Below are positions 15,220-23,593 of a DNA stretch of 32,000 nucleotides, piece after piece (the first letter of the stretch is position 1; each line of letters begins with the position of its first letter). The DNA is from Candidatus Aminicenantes bacterium (lineage in GTDB: Bacteria > Acidobacteriota > Aminicenantia > Aminicenantales > UBA4085). The stretch covers positions 1 to 32,000 of the forward strand of contig JADGNV010000147.1 of NCBI GenBank assembly GCA_017883285.1. Reading direction: 5' to 3'. The notes below the pieces were generated by a model. That model saw only the letters and a program-made list of their open reading frames with translations, was not told where the DNA came from and searched no databases. The translations under genes were made by a program, and so were the position numbers.

Positions 15220-18168
15220 GTGAGTAAGTCGAAGGAAGAGCCAACAAGGAGTCCGATCTTGCAAACGTATTCCAAACAGGAGGCACGCGAGCACGTCTCG
15301 CGCTTGGTGGAGTCGTTTCAGAAGGTTGAAGCGACCCTCGACAAGGCGCCAGAAGCGCAGATCGAGAACGACTACATCCGGCCACTCTTCCGTTATTTAA
15401 ATTGGCGAACCGAAGGCGCTGATCTTCGCATGTCTGAGCGTGAGGTGGTGCTGGTCGAAACCGACCGGCAAAGGAAACGCCCGGACTATCGCTTTCAGTT
15501 GAACGGGCAACACCTGTTCTTCATGGATGCAAAGAGGGTCAAGTACAGCATGTACAATCCGCGGTGGCAGTGGCAGGTGTACCGGTATGCCTACTCGACG
15601 CGCAATAACCCCGCGCCACGTAAGGTGGACTTCGGTGTTCTGACTGACTTTCAGGAGTTCATTCTTCTCGACTGCACCTTCGAGGCGAAGGAGCCTGAAG
15701 CTGTCAATAACTTCCGCGTGCTCGACTGGCGCTACCCGGATTACGTTGCCCAGTTCGACCGACTCTGGGACATCTTCGAGCGTAACAATGTGCTGGCGGC
15801 CAGCGAAGACCGGAAAAGCGGGCTGTGGGCGTGCTATCTGACACCCAAACAAGCCAAAGCTAACCGCGTTGCTCCTGACGAAGGTTTTCTCGACAAACTC
15901 GACAACGACGAGGACGGCTGGCGGGTGCGGTTGGCCAAAGATATGAAGAAGTGCAGCCCCGACCTTACCGGGGAGGTCATCACTGCCGCTGTACAACTCC
16001 TTATTGACCGGCTGGTGTTTATCAAAGTCTTGTCCGACCGGGATATTGACGACGACTATCTTGCCAAACTGGCCGAGTGCATCGAGGCGAATGGTCTGGA
16101 GCAAAGGAACCAAGGGTGGTTCGGCGCCGCGAAACCATTGTTTGATCGGCTGAAGCGTTTCTACAACGGCAGCATATTCGCCCCACGGCCCGAACTGGAG
16201 GCGGTGGTAACGTCCAACCGCGTCGTGCGCGACATCATCCGGGAACTCGACCCCAATCACTCGCCCTATGATTTCAGCGTTCTGCCGGTCGAAATCCTGG
16301 GCACGATTTACGAACGATTTCTCGGCAAGGTTGTCCGCACTACGGAACAGCGGGTCAAAATCGAGGATAAGCCCGAAGTCCGCAAAGCCGGTGGCGTTTA
16401 TTACACCCCGCAATACATCGTCCGCTACATTGTCGAGCAGACTGTTGGCAAGCTGTTCGACGACTGCAAGACGCCCGACGACGTGGCCCTATTGAAAATC
16501 CTCGACCCGGCATGCGGCTCCGGCAGTTTCCTCATCGGGGTTTACGACGCTCTGATCGAGTGGCATAAGTCCTACTACGCGGAGAAAACCAAGCCCGATC
16601 GGAAAGCAGCCTACCGTGATGCCGACGGCGACATCCGGCTTACAGCCAAGCTCAAACGCCAAATCCTGCTCAACAACATCTTCGGCGTAGACATAGACCA
16701 GCAGGCCGTCGAAGTCACGCGGTTCTCACTGTCGTTGAAAGCGTTGGAAGACACGCGCAAGGACGAACTCGAGGAGGAGCGGAATCTGTTCAAGGAAACG
16801 GTCCTACCCGACCTCAAGGACAATATTGTCTGCGGCAACTCACTCATTGGCACAGACATTCTGGAGGGGCAACTGTTCGCGCCAGAGGAAGAGCTGAAGC
16901 TAAACCCGATGAACTACAAAGACCGTTTCCCTAATATCTTCGAGGATGAAGGCTTCGATGCTATTCTCGGAAATCCACCATACTTGTACAGCGCAGGCCA
17001 AGAGCATAAGGTGTATTTCGAGTCGCACTACAAGCTTTCGGAGTACCAGACTGATTTCTATGTATACTTCATCGAACGGTCAATCCAGATACTAAAGAGT
17101 GCCGGTCGCATGGGCATGATTGTTTCGGACTCATGGGTCAAAGGGAAGTACTTCACGAAGCTTCGAGAGCACCTGCTGCGGCAGACCCGGCTTGAAAGCG
17201 TCACCGTTTTCGACTACGCACCATTTCATGGTGCGACTATTGAGAATTCCATTATCGTCCTTCAAAAGACTCCACCGAGAGAAACGCTGACAATCCGCAA
17301 GTTCAGTACGCCAAACAAGTTGGTCGACATCAACATCCTGAAAGTCGAGGGCTGCTTGACGAGGGGGTTCATCGACATTCACCACTCTGATGCGAATTCG
17401 CAGGTAATCACACGACTTGAGAGGAACAGCCTTCCATTGAGTAGCTTCTGCAAGCTAAACCGGGGCGTTCACGCGTATCGGACTGACGGCTACGGCAAGA
17501 GCAAGTTTTTAAAAGGCCCACAGACGAAACGAGACAAAGACGAGCAGTCGTATCATTCCAGAAGCAAGTTAGATTCGACTTACTTCCCTGAAGTAAAGGG
17601 GAAGCATCTTGGCCGGTATTCTTACATGTGGGATGGGACGTACATTTCCTATGGAGACTGGTTGGCCGAGCCGCGGACATCTGACTTTTTCTTCAACCCG
17701 AAGCTCGCAATCAGGAAAATCATCGCGCCAAGATTGGTCTGCACATTTATCAGGGAGCACACAATTCTCGATCAGTCCATTTACGTTGCAGTCCGAGCAA
17801 CGAAAGAGCCACCGAATCTGCTCTTTCTTCTGGGCATTCTAACTTCATCCGTTGGAGGTTGGTACATAAAGGCCAAGCATGGCATCTACGATACGCTGTA
17901 TCCGTGGTTCACAAAGGAGCAGTTAGCGCATTTTCCTATCCCCGCCATGCACTTCGTGAAGGAAGCCGATGAAATTCGTCACCAAAGGCTGGTGGACTTG
18001 GTGGAACAGATGTTGGCGTCGAAGCAGGCATGGGCGGCGTCGCAGACGGAGAAGGACAAGACCTACTACAACGACAAGTGCAAGGCATTGGACAAGCAGA
18101 TTGACGCACAGGTGTACGAGTTGTACGATCTGACGGCTAAAGAAATCGCCATCGTGGAAGAAAAATGA
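15220..18168 (+). CDS. Type IIG restriction-modification enzyme (Eco57I/TaqI-family N6-adenine methyltransferase fused to an N-terminal PD-(D/E)xK nuclease and a C-terminal TRD)
   Basis: PDY (15481-15489)...FMDAKR (D at 15526-15528, K at 15532-15534). GGVYYTP. Motif I DPACGSGSFL (from 16504). Motif IV GNPPY (16969-16983). TaqI_C-like C-terminus and YELYDLTAKEIAIVEE tail. GTG start at 15220, or TTG at 15259 preceded by AAGGAG 7 nt upstream. Confidence 0.85.
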   Translation: MSKSKEEPTRSPILQTYSKQEAREHVSRLVESFQKVEATLDKAPEAQIENDYIRPLFRYLNWRTEGADLRMSEREVVLVETDRQRKRPDYRFQLNGQHLFFMDAKRVKYSMYNPRWQWQVYRYAYSTRNNPAPRKVDFGVLTDFQEFILLDCTFEAKEPEAVNNFRVLDWRYPDYVAQFDRLWDIFERNNVLAASEDRKSGLWACYLTPKQAKANRVAPDEGFLDKLDNDEDGWRVRLAKDMKKCSPDLTGEVITAAVQLLIDRLVFIKVLSDRDIDDDYLAKLAECIEANGLEQRNQGWFGAAKPLFDRLKRFYNGSIFAPRPELEAVVTSNRVVRDIIRELDPNHSPYDFSVLPVEILGTIYERFLGKVVRTTEQRVKIEDKPEVRKAGGVYYTPQYIVRYIVEQTVGKLFDDCKTPDDVALLKILDPACGSGSFLIGVYDALIEWHKSYYAEKTKPDRKAAYRDADGDIRLTAKLKRQILLNNIFGVDIDQQAVEVTRFSLSLKALEDTRKDELEEERNLFKETVLPDLKDNIVCGNSLIGTDILEGQLFAPEEELKLNPMNYKDRFPNIFEDEGFDAILGNPPYLYSAGQEHKVYFESHYKLSEYQTDFYVYFIERSIQILKSAGRMGMIVSDSWVKGKYFTKLREHLLRQTRLESVTVFDYAPFHGATIENSIIVLQKTPPRETLTIRKFSTPNKLVDINILKVEGCLTRGFIDIHHSDANSQVITRLERNSLPLSSFCKLNRGVHAYRTDGYGKSKFLKGPQTKRDKDEQSYHSRSKLDSTYFPEVKGKHLGRYSYMWDGTYISYGDWLAEPRTSDFFFNPKLAIRKIIAPRLVCTFIREHTILDQSIYVAVRATKEPPNLLFLLGILTSSVGGWYIKAKHGIYDTLYPWFTKEQLAHFPIPAMHFVKEADEIRHQRLVDLVEQMLASKQAWAASQTEKDKTYYNDKCKALDKQIDAQVYELYDLTAKEIAIVEEK

Positions 18169-21101
18169 TGCTGAGGACGACGCCCAACAACCGGGTTAAG
18201 CACGATCTCACAAAGCGCGGCGGTTTAGCAGCAGTGTTTGCTGGAAAGAAAGATAATATGAACTCTTTGAAAATATTGGCTGGTGGTGACAGTGATGGTG
18301 CTAGATCAAATGCACGAGGAAAATTGTTTGAAAAAGTCTCTGCGGACGTGCTCAGACAAAATGGTTATGATATCGACAAGCACCAACTCAATGTTACCTA
18401 CGCTGGCATGGAGATTGATATCGAAGGCAAGGCGCGAATTACCGGAATCCCTCTGTATGCTGAGTGCAAATGTTATTCTACCAATGTCGATTGTGAGAAG
18501 CTGCAGACATTCTTTGGCAAATATATGACAAGGTGGCTCAAGAACTCCAAGGCCCAAGGCCTGTTTCTTGCCCTCCCCGGTATTAACAGCTCCGCAATGG
18601 GATTTTATCGCGACAACTGCGAATCGAATCAACAAATTACTCTTCGCCTGCTTCAAGAGCCTGACGTTTTGGACGCTCTCGTTAACTCAAACACTGTTGC
18701 TAGTCCTGAGTCATTCCAGCATCACATCGAATTGGACAGCGGTATACCCGGCGATTGTGTCCTGATCTGTAGCGATAAAGGTTTCTTTTGGTTGCAGTAT
18801 ATTGTTCCGCTTGGTTCGGGGATCGCGAAGGCCATTCAGATCTTCGATTCACGGGGCAATGCTATCTCTGATAATGAGTCGATCGACTACCTCATCCATC
18901 TGATGCCTGAACTGCAGCCATTTAAGGTACTACGAACAACAGCAGGCTCTGGCAGGAAGACGACCCCTCAGCCTGAGATAGCAGATGATGTTGTTGAAGT
19001 TCGAGGTAGCTCTGCATGCTTTGAATATCAGTTTCCTGCAGCCCCGGAGTTCTTTGTTGGGCGGGAAAAGCTCCTTGATGAGGTACAACTTTTTTTTGCG
19101 CAAGTTACGCGTCGGGAGACTTCAAGTCGTGGAATTCTTCTGGAGGCAAATTCGGGGTGGGGAAAGAGCTCGCTCGTATTGGCGGCGGTGGACGCCCTAA
19201 ACCAATCGGGCCACTACGCCCTAGCTTTCGATTCCCGTTCAGCGTCATCTCCCTATTTTGTGATGAGTGCAGTAGAGCACGTTTTAAACAAATTTGGAGA
19301 TTTCCATGGTTTAATTAAGAACCGACCAGTATTGGGAGGTTTTGAAGGGGCCTCTAATGCACTGCTTCAGATAGGGAAGGAACTGCAGGGTGGCAATAAA
19401 TTGCTTGTCGTCTTCTTTGATCAGTTCGAAAACGTCTTTCACTTATTGGATGTGCTAAAACGACTTGAACAGTTGTGTCTGAAAGTGGCAGATGCTAGAA
19501 CAAATGTTATTCTCGGATTTTCGTGGAAAACAGATTTAGTTGGCCTCACCCGAGACTTCCCATATCGATTGCGAGATACAATTATAAATGCATGCCATAC
19601 TATCCATCTGCCGCCATTTTCAGAAGCTGAGACAAATGCGTTACTGGATAGATTGGCATCAGAACTTCATGCCAAGCTCCGCAAAGACCTTCGTTTTCTG
19701 CTCTCTGAGAGCTCTCAAGGCTATCCTTGGCTTCTGAAAAAACTGTGCGCGCATGTGAAGAGTCAGCGGCTGACCGGCGTAGTTCAATCGGAAATAGTAC
19801 GCACGTTTATGAATGTCGAGCAGTTGTTTCTTGAAGATCTGCAAGGGTTAACAACTGCGCAAGATGAAGCATTAAAACGAACTGCGAAGCTTGCGCCTGT
19901 AAACATTGGGGATATCGGAGAAGAATTCGGTCCGGAGGTTATTCAATCTTTAGTTGACCGAAGACTTATTGTCAAAGTGGGTAGCAAATATGATATCTAT
20001 TGGGATATTTTCCGCGATTATCTCAACACCGGGAGATTGCCTGTCGAAGAAGTCTATCTGATACGAGCGCAAGTGGGAAGCATCATGAAGGCGCTCTCGA
20101 TTCTGAGGGAAAATCCCGAAGGTATTGGCGTCGCCGACTTCAAGACTAAAGCTGGATTATCAGACGGGGCATTTTTTAATGTCATGCGTGATTTGCGACT
20201 ATTGCAACTCGCTCAAATCAGAAAAGATATACTTGTTTTATCACTTCCCCATGCAACTGATGAGGCAACGATGATCTCTGGCGTACGAGACCGCCTGAAA
20301 GATCGTCTTCCTCGAAATAGGTGTGTGCATCACGTGCTGCGCGTGCTTAATGATGAGGGCGAAGTAGATCTCTCTAAACTGTCTCATATTCTGAAGTTAG
20401 AGTTCCCGTATATTTCTGCTGTGAAACGAACTTGGGAAACATATGCTCGAGTTCTTGCGACCTGGCTTGATGTTTCCGACCTTGCCATCCTGGACGGCTC
20501 AACATCGAAGCTTCTAAAACATGAAGCCGGAGCCCAAGTCCGAGAGCGCTCTTTGACTTTCGCTCGGCGCCGTTCAGGGATCGCGGTCCCAATAATCCAC
20601 TTCTCTCCGATTATTCAGGTGGCTACGCGACTGGTATCCGCTGTTCAGCGTGGCGCGCCTGTTGATTGGTCTGGAATACGTAGGAGTACTGTTTACAAGG
20701 CTCTCTCTGTTCTTGAAGATCTCGCGCTCATCTCGCGCAAATTACAGGTAATTTATGTCCATCCTGAGTGTCATTTCTTTGCGCTGGATGCATCTCGCCG
20801 AACACAAATTGCGCGTAATGCCGTCTCAAAGTGGCAAGTCTTTTCTGAATTTGTCAGCATTCTTACTGAACATTCGTCGAGGCTTCTATCACACAAAGAG
20901 CTTGCTAAACTTCTCGTAAAGAGAAGTGGTGCCAACTGGAAGACCTCCACGGCGGAGACAAATGTCAAAATCATGCTCGATTGGGCCAGGCACTTGGGTC
21001 TGGCAGTTGGGCCACATGCCCACAGCGCTCGTGGCCAATTTAAGGCTTCATCCGAAAAGCAAGAAGAGCTGCTGTTGTTTGATAACGATAACAAACCGTG
21101 A
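18165..21101 (+). CDS. Mrr-type restriction-endonuclease-fold domain fused to a P-loop (STAND/AAA-like) NTPase with a long uncharacterised C-terminal region
   Basis: ATG 18165 overlaps the upstream TGA (ATGA). Mrr_cat-like GKLFEKVSADVLRQNGYDI...GMEIDIEGK...LYAECKCY (AECK at 18459-18470). Walker A ANSGWGKS (19146-19169). Walker B LLVVFFDQFE (D at 19419-19421). Alternative start ATG 18258. Confidence 0.8.
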   Translation: MMLRTTPNNRVKHDLTKRGGLAAVFAGKKDNMNSLKILAGGDSDGARSNARGKLFEKVSADVLRQNGYDIDKHQLNVTYAGMEIDIEGKARITGIPLYAECKCYSTNVDCEKLQTFFGKYMTRWLKNSKAQGLFLALPGINSSAMGFYRDNCESNQQITLRLLQEPDVLDALVNSNTVASPESFQHHIELDSGIPGDCVLICSDKGFFWLQYIVPLGSGIAKAIQIFDSRGNAISDNESIDYLIHLMPELQPFKVLRTTAGSGRKTTPQPEIADDVVEVRGSSACFEYQFPAAPEFFVGREKLLDEVQLFFAQVTRRETSSRGILLEANSGWGKSSLVLAAVDALNQSGHYALAFDSRSASSPYFVMSAVEHVLNKFGDFHGLIKNRPVLGGFEGASNALLQIGKELQGGNKLLVVFFDQFENVFHLLDVLKRLEQLCLKVADARTNVILGFSWKTDLVGLTRDFPYRLRDTIINACHTIHLPPFSEAETNALLDRLASELHAKLRKDLRFLLSESSQGYPWLLKKLCAHVKSQRLTGVVQSEIVRTFMNVEQLFLEDLQGLTTAQDEALKRTAKLAPVNIGDIGEEFGPEVIQSLVDRRLIVKVGSKYDIYWDIFRDYLNTGRLPVEEVYLIRAQVGSIMKALSILRENPEGIGVADFKTKAGLSDGAFFNVMRDLRLLQLAQIRKDILVLSLPHATDEATMISGVRDRLKDRLPRNRCVHHVLRVLNDEGEVDLSKLSHILKLEFPYISAVKRTWETYARVLATWLDVSDLAILDGSTSKLLKHEAGAQVRERSLTFARRRSGIAVPIIHFSPIIQVATRLVSAVQRGAPVDWSGIRRSTVYKALSVLEDLALISRKLQVIYVHPECHFFALDASRRTQIARNAVSKWQVFSEFVSILTEHSSRLLSHKELAKLLVKRSGANWKTSTAETNVKIMLDWARHLGLAVGPHAHSARGQFKASSEKQEELLLFDNDNKP

Positions 21102-21109
21102 AGCTGAGA

Positions 21110-21133
21110 TTCAGGACATGGGATCGAACCATA
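21110..21133 (-). other. tRNA 3'-end-like fragment (T-arm plus acceptor strand), possible att-site relic
   Basis: The minus strand reads TATGG-TTCGATC-CCATG-TCCTGAA: a 5-bp T-stem, a 7-nt TTCGANN loop and a 7-nt acceptor-like tail. No complementary 5' half lies nearby, so this is not a tRNA gene. Confidence 0.35.
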
Positions 21134-21321
21134 ACGTCGAGCTTAAGGCGTGCCCTTAGGAGCTCTATGGTAAAAGATGTGGGGATACAGCTAAAATGAT
21201 AAACGATGGATGAATAGCAAGAAGAAGGGAAAGACTTCTTATATCGAAATCGACAGTCTATATTTCCGGAATTATAAAGATCGCATAAACGATGTAAGGC
21301 TGTTGCATCCCGGTGAGGATT

Positions 21322-22326
21322 ATGTCGTTAATAAAACAGCGAAGTGAGCAGCATCTTATCGACGCGGACGGTGAGAGGCTCCTCCGGTCTCGGCTTCCGC
21401 GCTACTGGGTACTCCGAGAGTACCGTCCCGACTACGGTTTAGACTTCGCCCTCGAAATATTTCGGGAACCGATTGGGCCAGCAAAAAAGCACGCGACGTA
21501 CGAGACACTCGGCGAGCACATATTCATCCAGTTGAAGAGCGTTGTTTCCGCGACTGCGTCACCGTTGAAGATATATGGCCGCCATAATGTTGAGAAGAAA
21601 CGGGAGTGGCTGAACAAGAATGAACTTGTTGGGACGATGGACACTATCCGTTTCTCAATTGAGATCAAAGAACTTGTCACCGTCCAACGGATGGGTGTTG
21701 GTGTACCAGTGTTGCTGGTCATTGCGGACAATTCCAAGGCATGCTGCCATTTTGTGTGCCTCAACGACTACATCGACAAGATATTGGTTCCTCGCCACGA
21801 CGATTATACTGTAAAGAAAACGCGTACAATTCATGTTCCGATAGCAAATGAGGTTGGGGATGAACTTGTCGGTTGCAATGCACTGCGCTGGTACGCAAAG
21901 CGATCAAAACTCTATTCGGCGTTCCAGCGGTTCGTATTCCAAGCGGCCGAACTGGACCAGGCCTGGAACACCGACGAATTCTTTCCCATGGCGCGCTACT
22001 TCGCTTCCAGGATTGCGGGCTACGATTTTTGGGATGACACGAAGATGTGGAAAATCATCGCTTATTATGGCGAGGCCATCCACAGATTTATTAGGAGCGG
22101 ACACCCGAATTTGATGAAATCCAACATGGCATCAATTAAAAGCGCTGCCAGCGGTGATGAAGATGATGCGCGTCAAATTACTGAGTACTTAAACCGACTT
22201 GACGTGAGGGAACTATGGAGATGTCTTGCCGGGTTGCCGAGGATTTATGAAGATGTTTGCCGCGAATGGCTCCTTCCAACATGCATGGGATATGAAAGTT
22301 CTTATCCGGTTGTAATAAATGATTGA
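21322..22326 (+). CDS. DUF4365-like (PD-(D/E)xK nuclease fold) N-terminal domain protein with an unknown C-terminal domain
   Basis: SEQHLIDADGERLLRSRLPRYWVLREYRPDYGLDFALEIF...GEHIFIQLKS matches the DUF4365 pattern (DYGxD..E...QxK). ATG 21322 is preceded by GAGGA. The track ORF starts at GTG 21313. Confidence 0.7.
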   Translation: MSLIKQRSEQHLIDADGERLLRSRLPRYWVLREYRPDYGLDFALEIFREPIGPAKKHATYETLGEHIFIQLKSVVSATASPLKIYGRHNVEKKREWLNKNELVGTMDTIRFSIEIKELVTVQRMGVGVPVLLVIADNSKACCHFVCLNDYIDKILVPRHDDYTVKKTRTIHVPIANEVGDELVGCNALRWYAKRSKLYSAFQRFVFQAAELDQAWNTDEFFPMARYFASRIAGYDFWDDTKMWKIIAYYGEAIHRFIRSGHPNLMKSNMASIKSAASGDEDDARQITEYLNRLDVRELWRCLAGLPRIYEDVCREWLLPTCMGYESSYPVVIND

Positions 22327-22428
22327 CATGCGTGTGCAATCAATGCGTGGGCTCGTTCGCTTATCGTGCTGGTAAAGCGCGCCGTTCACTAGAAGAAATT
22401 AAAACTAAAGGCAAAGCCAAATAATAGA

Positions 22429-22617
22429 ATCCCCACGAGTCCGATAGTATTCAAATGGCGTGGATATTGGTTCTTCTTTTCACAGGAAAAAACGAAGCCT
22501 CGTGTACATGTATACTGTTTGGACGGGGAGGCCAAATTTTGGCTTGAACGCAAGGTTGAACTGACCCGAATCATCGTCTCAAGCAGGCTCCGGACGAATG
22601 CTTCGCCGGAACGATAA
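22429..22617 (+). pseudogene. DUF4160-family remnant lacking a canonical start codon
   Basis: Translation IPTSPIVFKWRGYWFFFSQEKTKPRVHVYCLDGEAKFWLERKVEL... resembles MPT...GFRFFFYSNEGNEPPHIHVEKGG.EAKFWLEP.V. The MPT position reads ATC-CCC-ACG, and no in-frame ATG/GTG/TTG exists back to the TAG at 22390. The C-terminus diverges early. Confidence 0.5.
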
Positions 22618-22717
22618 AGCCGACGTCCTTGGCTGTCAATCATAGAATCTTGACATGTTTTCGATCCGAGGATAATCTCGGCTGAAATGAAAGGCAACGG
22701 ACGAATTTAGCCCGATT

Positions 22718-23035
22718 TTAAAGAGCAAATGCGTATTCCGACGATCTTGGGTTCGACAGTTTCAAGCGCACCGACCAGGGATAATCCGCATGTTCCCAGA
22801 CCTTCTCGATCACGGCCAAAACGTCCTTGGTGTAATGACGTTTCCGAGTTCGAGGGATTTTCGGAAGAGGGGGGGCGGCATCCTCCATCAGGTTGAGTTG
22901 GGCGATGGCGTACTGGCGATGATAGCCCGTCGCGGCGCATAGTTCGTCCCAGATTTTGGTCTTCATTTTCTTGGGGGCTTTCCGATAGCGTTTCCACGTT
23001 GCTTCCTTGAGGGCCTTGCGCATCTGTAAATCCAT
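22718..23035 (-). pseudogene. N-terminal (HTH) fragment of a DDE-type transposase, truncated after ~95 aa
   Basis: MDLQMRKALKEATWKRYRKAPKKMKTKIWDELCAATGYHRQYAIAQL...VIEKVWEHADYPWSVRLK resembles the N-terminus of integrase-core (rve) transposases, as recalled. No catalytic domain follows. Confidence 0.45.
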
Positions 23036-23159
23036 GCTCCAACCTTCTTCCCAACAAAGGTCAGAGTAAATAGAGCTCCTCGACCGCGTCCAGCGATAGT
23101 AAGATTTTTAAATGGCAAGACATATGTCCTTTCAGTAAGATTATAGATGGCGCGATTCG

Positions 23160-23271
23160 GACTATTGACACGGCCATGCGGCCGGCCATACACTTCCGGC
23201 ATGGAGGAAGCGGGTGGGCTCATCGCCGCGAGGGGGGAATTCACCTATCGCGGAAAAAGGAAAATCCTATC
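23160..23271 (+). repeat. copy B of the ~111-bp imperfect direct repeat (partner 13787..13897)
   Basis: Same orientation as copy A. Substitutions plus paired single-nt indels keep the overall length nearly equal. Contains TTGACA-N18-TACACT and points into the 3' end of brnA (antisense). Confidence 0.85.
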
Positions 23272-23338
23272 ATTCGAACGTATGCTTCACAGGCGTCGCG
23301 AAGCCGCATCCTTGCGCAGCAGCCAATGGCTGGACGAA

Positions 23339-23593
23339 CTATGCGCCTTGCCGCAGCTCTTCACGAAGAACGCGACGAAGTGTTTCTTCGATAGGCTCTC
23401 CGCTTTTTTCGATGTACTCGTGGAGTGCCTTGTTGATCATAGCTTGATAACTGCCTCCCCCCCGATTCTCAACGGTGTTTCGAAACCATTCAAGGATTTC
23501 ATTGTCGATGCGAATGGTTATACGGGTTTTCCCGGGAGGAGATGTAATCACAGCGCCCCTCTTGCCCTTGCTGAAGTCGTATTCTTTCTTCAT
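23339..23593 (-). CDS. brnA: BrnA-type (CopG/RHH-like) antitoxin
   Basis: MKKEYDFSKGKRGAV...TRITIRIDNEILEWFRNTVENRGGGSYQAMINKALHEYI is typical BrnA. Its ATG (23593..23591) overlaps the brnT stop (ATGA). Confidence 0.8.
   Translation of the reverse strand: MKKEYDFSKGKRGAVITSPPGKTRITIRIDNEILEWFRNTVENRGGGSYQAMINKALHEYIEKSGEPIEETLRRVLREELRQGA

Larger units (their letters stand above)
13898..23159. mobile_element. AT-richer horizontally acquired block (defence-type island) bracketed by the 111-bp direct repeats
   Basis: There is a visible composition shift relative to the flanking GC-rich genes. The block is delimited by repeat copies A and B. It holds defence-type genes, a tRNA-like fragment and transposase/DUF4160 debris. 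No intact integrase or transposase is present. Confidence 0.6.

Noticed and set aside
19090-19097. T8 homopolymer inside the nuclease-NTPase gene as a possible phase-variation switch
   Set aside because: It encodes Leu-Phe-Phe in an AT-rich gene. Eight residues is short for slipped-strand switching, and there is no second tract or evidence of variants.
22389-22697. 102-aa minus-strand ORF in the island
   Set aside because: The opposite strand encodes a recognisable DUF4160-like sequence. The minus-strand translation has no features and is most likely an antisense artefact.
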